A stretch of 63,354 nucleotides of DNA, counting the filler, from Catajapyx aquilonaris (Eukaryota), in the NCBI GenBank assembly GCA_000934665.2. It is 2 parts of 2 records of this genome, joined end to end, with 100 filler letters (N's around TTAATTAATTAA, not from the genome) between each part and the next. Parts side by side here need not be neighbours in the genome. Positions count along the whole stretch, not along the records: positions 1 to 31,674 come from JYFJ02004510.1; 1 more part is not named here. The stretch is one strand, 5' to 3'. Shown here piece after piece: positions 11,601-23,975 of this stretch (the stretch's first letter is position 1; each line of letters starts with the position of its first letter). Below the pieces are notes generated by a model that had not been told where the DNA came from, searched no databases, and saw only the letters and a list, made by a program, of their open reading frames with translations. The position numbers and the translations under genes were made by a program.

Positions 11601-12749
11601 TAACCAAACTTTTCAGGAAGCACGAAAAACTATCTACCCCAGATCCCCCTGTGTTAGAGAAGTGGAATTTTACTGAGAAGACATCATAACCGTCCCAACT
11701 AAGAGATCCGTGGGATTTTTATTTAGGTAACTCAATTAACCTAAATAATCATTGCAGCCAGTATACACATACGATATTATAATAAATTGATAAAATGCAT
11801 TCTACTTAACAATAGTAATTTTCTAAATTTTACCACATTCCCCTTAACACATTCCTGCAAACATGAAAAGAGGGAGGAGCCGAAAATGCTGTACATTATC
11901 CTGAAAATTCACACATTAACCACATATGTGTAACAACTGATTTTTAGGTTCTAAAAAGCCTTCAAATAGGTAGGCATTCAGGCCCTGAAAACAGTCAAAA
12001 TAGGCTCTTAATAGGCAGTAAAAATCAAGCTGGTCCTAGTTTATTTTAATTTCTACACATATTGCAGCCTACGAGGCAGCCTTACTCTTGGCCATGGAAT
12101 TTTGCAGCACCGTATAACAAACTAGCAGCTATTCCATATTTTCGTTGGTTAATCGCGGTTATTCGGTGATTCCTGTCTGACAGTACATTTCTATACAGTC
12201 ATGCTGAAAATGAGCTTTTGACGTCACACAAAGCAAATGGATCATATACGTACTTGAAAAGAGAAACGTCTCCTACAGTCTGTTCATCTGGGCATCCCTA
12301 CATCGTCTTCGCTCGTCACAGGATGAAGTGGGAGGGATTCCTTGAACGGAAAACCCGCAGAACTCTCGAAAATCTTACAAACCGGCGTCAAAAAGGTCGA
12401 AATAGGTGTAAAATAGGCGCTAATATGCCATTTTTAGGTCCCAAAGTCCGAAATAGGCCATTTACATAAACTACGATTTTTGAGGTCCTTGTGTTATGAA
12501 ACGGATAGATATTTTTGAGAGACATTTTGTTTCCGGTGTTCTGTCTACAAAATAACAAGTATAGGTACAAACCTAGAAATCCATTCTCTAATAAATTATT
12601 ACCGATGTGTCCAGACCTTACGAGTCACCCTGTAGTCGAACTGTTCGACTGACTGGCACCTTTCTTGTATGTTTTCATGCGTCTTGGGGTGCAAATAACT
12701 CAAAATCGCCAAAATCGTTATTCCCTTTTTCATATTTGCGATTCAATTA

Positions 12750-13275
12750 GGGTGAAGAATAAACCACGTGGAAGCTTCCCTCAATGGTACCTACGGCTCC
12801 ACTTGCTAGAAGCTAAAACACGTACGATAAACGTTGTAAGATGATTCAGGTGACGGGTATAGGCCTCATAATAATTAACTCCAGCAGCGATAAACTACGT
12901 AAAGAGTTATCCACATTTTTGATAAATCGTACGGCATGATACTGTAGGTTATCGGATAACCACGTAGCGCTTGAATCTCGCATAAGGATACACCACGCAA
13001 GGAGAATAATCCGAACATTGAATAAATCACGGGCCGGTCGAACTTGACCCTCGTAATGTGGCATATGAAAAGAAGCCCCATTAGGAAAAGGTGATTAGGA
13101 TTTATTGTGTAGAAATTATTCCCCACGATGATAATTTAATAAACGGATAATCCACATCAACTTGCTACTTCATACATCTGATTTTGATTTGACTCGTTGC
13201 TCGAATTCTTCCCTGGAATATTGACGTCGAGGGCAGGCAGGGTTGTGTTATAGTAAGGTGATCCACGTGGACTCG
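12750..13275 (+). repeat. Degenerate GGATAAWCCAC ~16-bp array, cluster 4
   Basis: GAATAAACCACGTGGA, GGATAACCACGTAG, GGATAATCCACATC, GATCCACGTGGA. Boundaries approximate. Confidence 0.75.
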
Positions 13276-16096
13276 TGTGGTGGCTCCGGACTATAGTGCG
13301 CCTGACAACCCCTGATGAGCAGTAGGCATGAAAGCAACAGCATCAGCAGGTAGCCTACAAATAATCCAATTATGTTCTGGTAACCTTATTAGACCGACCC
13401 CATTTTTTCTTCTTCTTAATCACCCCGTTCCCTCCCACCATCCCCAGAAAGGACGAGGTAACGGAACCGGCGTGTCCTTGACCCGCTGCCTACCGTCTTG
13501 TCTCTGTCATTACTCGATCATGGGAAATGTTAATCAGGTTAATGGACGCCCACTCACGCCCATCTTACTCCACAGGAATCGCCTGCCTACGAGGCACGGT
13601 GACTTGAACGGTAGAATGTGGAAGGATCGCGTCAAAAATATTCCACGCAGTTATTATTTTCTCATTCTAGCGGAAGAGTGGTGTGTTGCACTATATGCCA
13701 CAAGCACAATCCAATAGGTGGGAATAGATTTCGGGCTGTTTACTCCCGCAACCACTTCAAAATAAATAAACAGCAATCACAACAATACGTTCCAAAGGGC
13801 TGCAAAGGGCTGGTTTACGGGATAGTAAACAATCCTTCACCTTTGATTCACGTGACTCGAATGGAGTGCTTGCTTGCTTGCTTGCCGCAATTTATTCAGT
13901 TTGAATCGTTCCATGTCCAGTGAGCATTTCCATGCAAAACAAAAATGTGTGATCTCACGAGATACAAATGGCGATAAGTACACTGCATACGATTAGAGCG
14001 ACAGAATGGCACGCAGCAGTGTCCCCAAGCAAGGGGTCAGCTAGTTTGGTGGAAAGTGGGCCACCTTGACGGATAGTCGAGGAAGCCAAATACTACTGCT
14101 GCAGCAGCACCTGATGGTCACTCGTCCTCGCCTGAAACTGGATTCAAGCACCGCATAAATATTCGGAAGGACTTCATATTGTAATATGGTTGATCCATTT
14201 CAATTGCCCGTTAAATTAACCATTTTGGCAGTAATATGCTTCTTTCAATCGGTTATGTTAGAGGTTATCAAAGTATTAGCCGCTAATATTAGGCCGAAAT
14301 GAATCGGCGCCAATCCGAGCTATGAATAATTATGTTGTAGCGACAATCCGATTAAAACAATAAATTGGCATCGTTCGTTAATGATTGAACCTAATGTGTT
14401 GCAGGCTGCATATAAAAATGGTGGTTCCACAACTTAATATCGCCATTGACATCCAATAAAAAGCGGCTTGTTGCCAATAAATTGCCGACTGAAGCGGACA
14501 ATTCCATTAGGATTAACGGGGGCGGCTAGCCCAAGAATTGCTTCCATTGCGAGGTGATGGCCCATGACGAAAGACATGGCCCGCGTAATGAATCCCCCAG
14601 TCCGTTTTGTTGTCACTTTTGTCTATGTATGGCGACCAGCTGGCAACCTTGAGCCACATCCCATATCGCTACGTGCCGGTATGCATACGCAAAGGAGGGT
14701 TGCCCTGTACCGGCAGGCGGCCGGTACCGCGACACCCCTCTCTCCTCATCTCCCCGCCTCTTCCAATCCATGGTGCAAGGTGTCCTCCAGCATCAGAAGA
14801 CGATCATCCATCCCGGTCGGCCGAATAATAAGAGAGAAAGAGAGAGATGTGGGCCACGAGTCGTCCTTGGTATATAAGCGCCATATTGGAATTTTTCTCT
14901 CCCTCCTCCTCCTCCTCCTCCTCCCCACTCCTCCCATTCCCCTCCTCCTCCCATTCCCCTCCTCCTCCTCTTACCAGCAGTCCCGCTAACCCAATAACGG
15001 TACCTGCCTGCATGCACTCGATTTTTTTCCCCTCGTCCTTCCACATTCTATCTCTCTTTTTTCTCTCTCTCATTCCTCCAAGTGACGAATGGTGTGCGCT
15101 GCATCTGGCTTCATTTGCCATCGTCAGGTTGCCAGATGACATAGGGCATGTACTGCAGGTTACCTCCTTCCCACACCAGTGCTCACCTGTCTGTCACAAT
15201 AGCGCAAGAACATGCATGGGAGGGGGCTATATGAGCCGAGGGAATATATTCATTCGCCCACACCGCGGACTACTATAGAGATAGACGGATTCCGGCTGGA
15301 CTGCCATCCGGACTATATAGTGTGATTCCAGTAGCCTAGCTAGCCGGCTCTCATTATGTCTCCTCCTTCCAATGCATTGGAATCGGGCCCATTGCAATGG
15401 GCCCGATGGCACCGGTATGGCACACCCCCCGTGGCAGTGTCGCAACAATGGCCGATGCACGGTTCTTCTTGTGTTTTCTCTGTGTCTTGAAGGAGGAAAG
15501 TGAACCCGAGAAACCGGGGAAAGTTTCTGAGCGATCTTCTACTCTTTTTCTTTTTTCTTTTCTTTTCTGTTAACCTGAGACAATCTCACGCAAGGTGAGC
15601 GAAGAGCGAGAAGATGGTGAGGGGGGTGGGGATGGGGAGAAGAAGAATCGTCTCTGGCGTAAGACCAAGCAGTTACTCGCGTTTCTACATGCCGACGCTA
15701 CTCACTCTGCGCATTGTTCCGGTGCACGTACTCTGTGTACGTGTGGGTACCGGTACTGGCTCTGACGCAACCAAAAGGAACAGTCCGCAACAGCCCAAGG
15801 TGGCAACACTGCCAGCGGAATTGGTAGGCCTGCTCTATTTTTCGATACATCAATCGATCATCGATGTTTTCCGAAAGGAAGGAAAGGCAATCGATTTATG
15901 ATATTCCGATTTGTTGCAATAGCGTACAGCCTACATGGCTCTTCTTTCAACCTTTTATCAACTTTTAAAATTCCTCATTTTCGAACTCTATATCGAATTT
16001 TGAATTTGTCGATGTTTTTGATCTCATCGCGACAATTACTTATTTACTAATTTTGATACCGAGAGATTTTTCATTAATTACAAAATTCGATCTCAA

Positions 16097-16164
16097 TTTC
16101 GATTTTTAAAATGATGATTTTTGATTTCGATTTCGATTTTTAAAATGGTGATTTTTGATTTCGA
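16097..16164 (+). repeat. 34-bp tandem duplication within a TCGAT-rich patch
   Basis: TTTCGATTTTTAAAATGRTGATTTTTGATTTCGA x2 (one A/G difference). Confidence 0.9.
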
Positions 16165-16329
16165 TATCGATTTTTAGGCAGGTGATCGATGTCTAAACCT
16201 GATCCATTTTTGATATTAATTTCGAGTTATGGAATACTGTAGTACTGGTTATTGGAAGCATCGACACGTGGCAGTGTCGATGGATCATACGAACAGCCTC
16301 GCAACAACAAAAATTGACGCTGGTCCAGT

Positions 16330-16457
16330 TGCACCACCTTCGGGAAACATTTTCCATCTGGAAAAGAGCCAGAAAAGTTTGACAGGAGTCGACAGCAGTC
16401 AATGACACAAATTTCTGGATATTTTCCAACCGGAAAATGTTTTCTGGAGGCCGTGCA
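16330..16457. mobile_element. Degenerate foldback MITE
   Basis: Imperfect arms of about 45-50 bp: TGCACCACCTTCGGGAAACATTTTCCATCTGGAAAAGAGCCAGAAA versus the reverse complement of the right arm, TGCACGGCCTCCAGAAAACATTTTCCGGTTGGAAAATATCCAGAAA. Confidence 0.6.
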
Positions 16458-16829
16458 TATAGTTGAAGGTCATCTGACTCGAGAGGTGCTACTGGGACCT
16501 GTGGTAGTCATATATTTATTGGTCCAATTCAACCAATCTTCTGCTTCAAATAGGCAAATGCCAATGGGTTCATCCATGGTAGTGATGATTGACTGATTGA
16601 GTTAACTGACTGTAGTTTTAACGCCATAATATGAACAAGCTGTTAGTGTCGAAGTGCCCCGTTTTTTTAATTTAAAAAAAGGGGGTAGTAGAAACGGGGC
16701 GGTTGGGTGCTCTGGTTACATGATGTTGCATTGTGTCGGAATGGAGGGCGTGGCTGATGTAATTCCAAGGAACGGATTTCATTAGAATAAGGAAAGTTTT
16801 TCTAGGGAGTCGAGTAAGAACCAGTTTTT

Positions 16830-16833
<4 letters not shown>

Positions 16834-16861
<28 letters not shown>
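16834..16861. repeat. (CT)n microsatellite
   Basis: Direct reading. Confidence 0.95.
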
Positions 16862-19800
16862 CTTCGAGCAAGCGAGCATTTTCGCAAGGGAAATTTGCGA
16901 GTCAGGAATTCGCACAGCGTATACTATATGCCTGCATGGTGGTTCGCTCGGTTGGCGAAAGTGAGTCATCACCACCAGGTGACTCAACCACTCTTCTTGG
17001 TCTCCTTCCCTCCCTCCCTCCCTCCCTCCCCATCCACTACACTACTTGGTTTGGTGGACTTGCGGCTTTTTTTCCGCCACTCTGCCTGCTTGGCTTGGCT
17101 TGCCTGCAAACCACCGGTCCAGACACACTTGCATTGCTCACTTTTCCTGGTTACGGTACTTGGAGTAATAATCCCCCTCCCTCCCTCCCTGCCTGCCTCT
17201 CATCCTCCCATCCCCCGCCAGTCTTGTCCACAGGAAATATTCACGCAAGGGCAAGTGCAGGCTGCCTAAACGCCCATACTTCTGTGCCTCTCTTAGCAAA
17301 ATAATTCTTGATCGCGTTTAGATCGCGTCTGGCTGTGTGCTTTGCACCTATTGGCCATCCATCCATCTGTGCATGCTGTGAACCATCCAATCAGGAGCAG
17401 CAGCCACCCAGAGTGGCTCGTTGTGGCTGCATGACTCGCAAGGGTGCCAACTGACACAGAGTCACATCATATCACGTCAGAGGAGCGTCTGTAGGCCTCA
17501 TCTCCTGCGACCAACCCACGTTGCCTCAACTATTGACTTCATCTGCAGTCAAGTAGGCAGAGTTTAAGCAAGTCGCAGGTAGTTCCCGGTCGCACATATG
17601 ATACCGGTTATTAGAGGGATTATCACACAACGCATACACAGGGAGTGGACTCTCACAGGGTCTCAACTCTTTTCCATGGTTCCCCAATGTTGTCCATCGG
17701 GTTGTCATTGCCGTTCACTACCACCACCACCAGAGCTAATGGTACTCTTATTATCGAAACAAAAAAGCACCATTGCCCGTAAGGTTGCTGACTTTTGCAT
17801 ACGAGTCATTCAATGCTAATGTGAGGGATCACTTCGACCCCCGTAGACTTTATTTGGAAACATTTCCTGGTACCTATCTTCGAAAATCAGTCGACTAAAA
17901 GTAGTAAAGAATTTCGCAATTTCTGCAAAATGAACATAAATGACATAAGGTTAAAAATTGTGAAAAACTCTAAAACACGCTACTCGACCTTTCTTAAACC
18001 TGCTAAGCTTTTGCAGTAGAGAGCTGATAACTGGACAGTTTTTTGGCATGGACTCACTCGTGAAAATGCTCGGGAATAGTGAAAATTGAATGCGTTCTTG
18101 CTAAAAGATTCCGGATTCCGGCACAAGTTTGGCTACAGTAAGGAAAATGACCCAAACGTCCGTCGCAATCTTCGTAATTTGTACCGACATCCTGCACCAT
18201 AATATAGTAAGGGCCATTCACACGGCAACTAATTAGATTGTGGTTGGATCATGTACCGGATCATGTCCTTTGTTACTTATCAATTAATCGGGTGTCCAGG
18301 TCCCCGACGTTGCATGGAATGACCCTGCTTCTGACAGTTGTTGGGTTGGACCGACTGGTGTAACTCTTGGCGTGGACAAGGTGATTCCGGTAAGAAAACG
18401 TCACATATGCTAGTGACATTCTTTTGCGACGGTTGGTGCCAGCAGGTGACACCCGCCTTCAGAATTGGACCATTTTGGCCCTCCCCCATTGCGCCAAAAA
18501 ATGTAGGTCACGTCCGTCGTGTGCGTCACGTCCCAAAAATGGGCTCGGACCACACCCTGCGGGGTATTACAATTTTATTTTTTATTGAAGTCGTTGAGTT
18601 GGGTGGAGTGGGTGTAAGTATAGGCAAAGTGCACAGCATGGACCTTGCGGTGTCCAGCCTCCAATTACTACGATACTGTATGTGTGCAGTGGGGGATTGT
18701 CTGCCTGGTTGTGTGTTCCCTGGGCTTCCCTGGACTGCATCCGACCAAGCGAGTCGACCTTAACTGCCAGGCTAAACGGAGCGTGTCTGTCCGACCGACC
18801 GACCCACCCGACGACGGACTCACTCTCCTTTTCTTTTCTTCTCTTTCCTTCCTTCATTTTTTTCTGCCCCGCGTGTAACCGCTTCCTCATTCTTTTCAAT
18901 TACCATTTCCTATTTCTCGCAATACATTGTCGCCTGATTCTCTCTGGGGGGCCCTTCTGGAGGAGGACGTAGGAGGGAAGTTGACTCCCAAATGTGCATC
19001 ATCTCTGCGCTGCTTTGCTACAATCGTGTTGGCTGCATTGTGTCTGTTGGCCACATTGTAACTCCTGCGCAATTAACTCGAAGTAGATGCCCCACACATA
19101 CAGTGTATGATACACCTGCGTACATTTCCTTGTTCGAATGACTTGCAGGGGTGGATGGCATCGAGTGTTGTGGCGGGAGCAACGATCCTCCTTGCACAGC
19201 TGATTGCGAGCAATTATTCCCCCCTCCGCCCCCCTCATTCAGCTGTTGGGAGTAAACCAACCCCCGTTGTATAACAATTAGGGGGAGGAGGTGGGGGTGT
19301 TACGTATACACTACTACACTGTCTTGCCCCTCCTTTTCTTGCGAAGGGAATCGAGGTCATCGAATCAATGGTGCATTGCAGACCCTCGGGAGGTGATTGG
19401 TATATTATATGCTCTTCGTATGCAAGTACAGCGTACGGGATTGACTTATTTTCGCGATTAGTTTATTCATTTATGGTTTGACTCGAATTTCCAACTCTGC
19501 CCAGATCACGACTAACATGCCTCGTAAGTAGGCCCCATTCATTCCATTGGCTCCACCCGTCTGTCGATTGGCTTTCAATCTTATTGCCGATTCCCACAGC
19601 CTACAAGCGAGTCAGTGGTTCCATCCACCAGCCCGACACATTCATTTACGCTTGGGTTCCATTAGAAATGGAATGCTGCTCATTACTGGCTGAAGGTCGT
19701 CAGTGCCTCAATACTGCTGCAGGGACTACTGAAAATGGAGGGGCAGTCGAATCATCGTCATTCAGGCAACGCCAGCTACCCACCCAGGACCACTCGCACT

Positions 19801-20435
19801 CTCATTTCAGGGTTACCATACGGCAAGAAATAGATGCAAACTGGAAGCATCTTTCCCCACGGGTGTGAATGGTTATTGCTTTCCTTCCAACTGGTTGTTG
19901 GAGGTAAACAATCCAAAACTTTCTTTATCCGTCTTCCCCGTATAGGAGTGGGTACTATACCCCAGGTCATTCGCCCACCTTGTTGTGTTTGTTGTTGTTT
20001 AGCAAAAAGGTTGCGTGGCCAGGGTCATAGTCGGCCCGACCCCTTGCCCCCACCTTGACCAATTCTCCGAGTGAAAACGGACCCAAGTCCATTCGCAGGA
20101 ACCACCTCGGCCAGTCGTGTGCGTTCCAGAGGAAGACATTATTTTCACTCTCCGCGCCGATTGGCTGGCTCCGAAAGAGAGTGTGTGTGTATGTGTGCGT
20201 ATGCATATCACCCCTCCTTCCTTTTGCTGCCGGATTCCTTCACGTGCTGATGGAACCCACACCTACAATCTCACACACCTGATGATACTTTCCGCTGCGG
20301 TGTGGAGAGGTGGATGAAGGATGAGCAGCAGCAACAACAACAAACGACAACAACGCGAAATGAAGGAAAAAAGAGTGGCGTAAATCCTCGGCGTATATGG
20401 TTCCGAAGAAGGAAAAGCGAAAACTCGGTCGGTCA

Positions 20436-20439
<4 letters not shown>

Positions 20440-20468
<29 letters not shown>
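20440..20468. repeat. (CT)n microsatellite
   Basis: Direct reading. Confidence 0.95.
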
Positions 20469-20472
<4 letters not shown>

Positions 20473-23400
20473 GCCGACTGACTGACCCACACTCGACTGG
20501 CCAGCTGGACAATTTACGCAGAGGATGACACTTGGTAATTGTCACTCTCCTTTCAAGGTCAACGCACTCGAAGTGTGGCTCTCACAAGCACGACGCGACG
20601 AACCTTGCAGATCCTATAGGGAGAGGTTTTCTCATCGTGCAGTATGGAGACAACAGTGTATCGGAACATTGCAGCGTCACAGATACGCGATTATACTCGT
20701 ATATCAAAGATTGCTCCAGTAAATGACGCGTTATTGTGCACGGGACAGCTCGACAATCGAGTAGATTCTTCTGTCGTTCGACTTATTCCATGACCTAGTA
20801 CATGTCTTCTGGGCATATATGGTCCGTTATCCATTGGTCAGCCATCCAGGCAGGCAGCCCCGTGTATCGAATGAATAATGGAGGAAAGTGAAAGGGAAAA
20901 GCGAGGGGCTACTTGGTTACGCCCTCTTTATCCTTGGCCATTATCATTATTGTTGTTGTCGTTATTCCTTCTCCTGGGTCTCGGCGTGTCTTCTGTACGT
21001 ACCGGAAGCATCGGGTGCAGAATTGGATCATGCGGTTTCCATCAGGATGGGTCCATGCAGATACGCACAATCTCTGGACAATCGGGCCCTTCTTCTTCCT
21101 CCTCCTCTTCTCTTTTTCATTATACAGTATAACAATCCCCTGAAGCCAATCGGACGCGAGTCACTTTCTCCCCCCGTGCACTTTGAAGCAGCTAGAGGAA
21201 GTCAGCTAGCGGTTTATTGCCTCTCTTTTTTTTTCTTCTCGGTCTTCTTTCTCGCCCCCCTCTAGCATCAGGAGTCATTTGGGCAATTTCACTGCTAGTC
21301 GGCCAACGATCCATTTTCATTTTCACGCCTGCTAATTGCCCTCCTCCTTCCTTCCTCGCAACTTCCTTGTATATACACACTGTGGCTAAGCTTCCATAAG
21401 CTGCTTTAAGCCACGATTTCACACACACGTAGCAGCTTACAGTTCGGATTGTCATTCCAGATGACATCATGGGGGCCTGAATTTACATTTGATTCAGTTG
21501 TACCAGCTCAAAAATCTCAGATTATGTGCAGGCATTTCAGGATGTTACAATCGTATACAAAACTTTTCAAGTTTCCTCTGGCCCGTTGGCAGCAGGTTAC
21601 TATATGTTAGGTTAGGTTATGGCTTCATCTGACCAAACCTGTACCGAGTGCAAATATTATGCCCCCTGATTGTTCCTTCCAGCGGGGTTGACATTCGTCT
21701 CCCCTTATTACCCAGTGTTCGTGCAGCAGGAAGAATCCTCCTCCCTTTTTGAGTAGTCCTCGCATGAAGCATTGCAAATGCACAGAGTATACACTTCACG
21801 GTCCAGCACAAATGTGCCAAGTCCATTTTTGCACTAGCCCTTCCTTATTTTGCGCAATTTTTTTTCTTCCGTTGGTGGCTGAAATAATTGGTGAGTTTGG
21901 ACAGAGCCAGGAGTTGGCCAGGCCTCTTTTGGTCTCCGTTGATGGGTCAGGAGGAAAAGTGGGCTCGACCGCCTTTTGCAACCCTTTGCTGGCAAAAATT
22001 GTTTCGAGTGGTTACAACGTGTTTTTGGTTGTGCAAAAAGAAAAAGAAAAGGAGGGAGACATATATATCAGGCCGAACTACTCTTGAAACGAGTCCGACA
22101 GAATGATAGCAATCGGTCATGTCCCAAGGACGACTGCCACCAACCAAATGCTGGAAGGAGACAAGGGGAGAGGGGGAAGGGGAGAGGGGGGGGAGGAAAA
22201 GTGTCATTCAATTTATTGGACCGCTGGTTACAAAGTGTTGCAAGTACACGCACCAGGGAATACTAGTGCAACCAAGTCACCCGTTATTCCGAAACCGGCT
22301 GTTTTAAACCAAGGTTGCCAGGTTGGATTAACAATATTCTGCCTTACATTAGAATGACGTTCTCTAATATATAATCAAAATCAGAAAAGTACTTTCAACC
22401 TCTTCTCTCACTGAGAAATGTGTATCTTATGGGCCGGTTCAATAAACCTTACTAACGGTCGGTTAATGCACCGTCCCGACTTTTTACAATGCTGTTATTT
22501 CTTAACGGCCCGTTAAAAGGTTGGAGGAAACGGAGACGAATGCGCGTCAGTCCTCTGGCCTGGTATAATTAAGCGATGAAAGTGGCGTTAACTAACAAAA
22601 GGTTTAACTTGTGGTTAGAAATGTTGCTGCAACTCGTTTGCTCCGAGTAGTGAATTCTACCCTAATTAGTTTTTAACTGACAATATATTAGAACAAAACA
22701 GTGAAGTTGGCAGATTAGGCTCTAATCAAACGATGAGGAGAAATGTGCGCTCCAAGTCTCTCTTTTGAAATATTTAGAGAGTTTATTGGGTTCGCAAAAT
22801 GCTTTTTTTTTGCGTACAAGTTGCTTTTCACAGCCACAAGTAAACTAATAATACTCCCTGCGCTTATATTAGGTAACAAATTAAGGTCCTGTTTGAACAT
22901 GTTCCCACATAGTGCATGGCCCAGCTGCTGGACACATTCTGTCGTTAATTTTTTTGCACCGAATTAATTGCATGCACCAGTCATTAATTGCAGTGTGAAC
23001 CAATAGCTCTATAAGTGTCAACACACTCGTGAAGTAACATAGGACCTGTCCCCAACTGATTGCGCATTCTCTCGCATCTGGGTTGTTCATATGCTATATC
23101 TCTAATGGGACCTACCTGGATCTGGGCCCATTTTAATATATAGTGAGAGTGACGGGAAGCAATGACGGGTGCCAATATATTGATCGGTATAGATTGGGGA
23201 CTGATTGACCAAGTGAAATTATTGTCGAAACAAGTCGGGAGTTATTCCAACCAAAAAGTGCCGATGGGACGTCTTATTGGTGTGACAACGTGTAGGAGCT
23301 TCCCTACTAATTGGGTTGGCTGCATTGGGCCCTTATACAGGGAGCAGACGGTGAGGATTGTTTACCCCAGCAACAATCGCTTTAAAGGGGGGGACCAACA

Positions 23401-23854
23401 ATCAAGGGGGGTGGGGGGTGGATTGTTGCTTCAGGCGTGTTGCTGGAGGAAACAGTCTTCTCCCGACCCTACCTTGATCTTGGACATGGGCATAGAATTG
23501 ATATACCGGTAATCGATATGTCGATTTTGGAATGAGTGTTTGGAAAAATAAGCATGCTAATGTATGTACTAAGGTGAACATGCTGACATTTTTCAAGGGA
23601 TAATAATACGAGTATATTAGCCATTGCCACTAAATTGTTGTCTGCTATTTACTGTAGTTTGATCGATCAATTTCCAATTTTATCGTTAAAAATATATATA
23701 CCCGGATTTTCCATCGATTTGTTTTGATTTTTGGGACAAGTATACTGTATTTCTAGATCGTATTGGTTTCTGAGTTCGCAATTTTAAAATATCGCGCGTC
23801 TACCTGGCGCAGTAGATTTTCCTATTGTATTTTATTCCACGAACACTATATGTG

Positions 23855-23975
23855 TGGAATTGTTGTCCCACTGCTAGTCGCTGCTAACTTAGCAATACCA
23901 TTAGACTATTGCTAACACTGGTACAATACTGCTAAGTTAGAAGGAACTTGGCAGTGCAGTGGGACGAAAATTCCA
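23855..23975. mobile_element. Foldback MITE remnant
   Basis: TGGAATTGTTGTCCCACTGC pairs with GCAGTGGGACGAAAATTCCA (2 mismatches). Inner CTAACTTAGCA pairs with TGCTAAGTTAG. Confidence 0.65.

Noticed and set aside
7270..13275. Possible CRISPR-like array (regularly spaced short repeats)
   Set aside because: Units are about 16 bp, degenerate and contiguous without unique spacers; the context is a spliceosomal intron with no cas genes.
14564..15278. Cluster of overlapping 110-143 aa ORFs and a TATATAAG at 14871
   Set aside because: The ORFs come from CT/CCT low-complexity sequence. No initiator or phase-compatible exon was found downstream of the TATA-like motif.
15614..19530. Alternative first coding exons for the peroxidase (ATG at 15614 to GTAAGA; ATG CCT C|GTAAGT near 19517)
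   Set aside because: They end in phase 0 and phase 1; the acceptor at 28194 requires phase 2.
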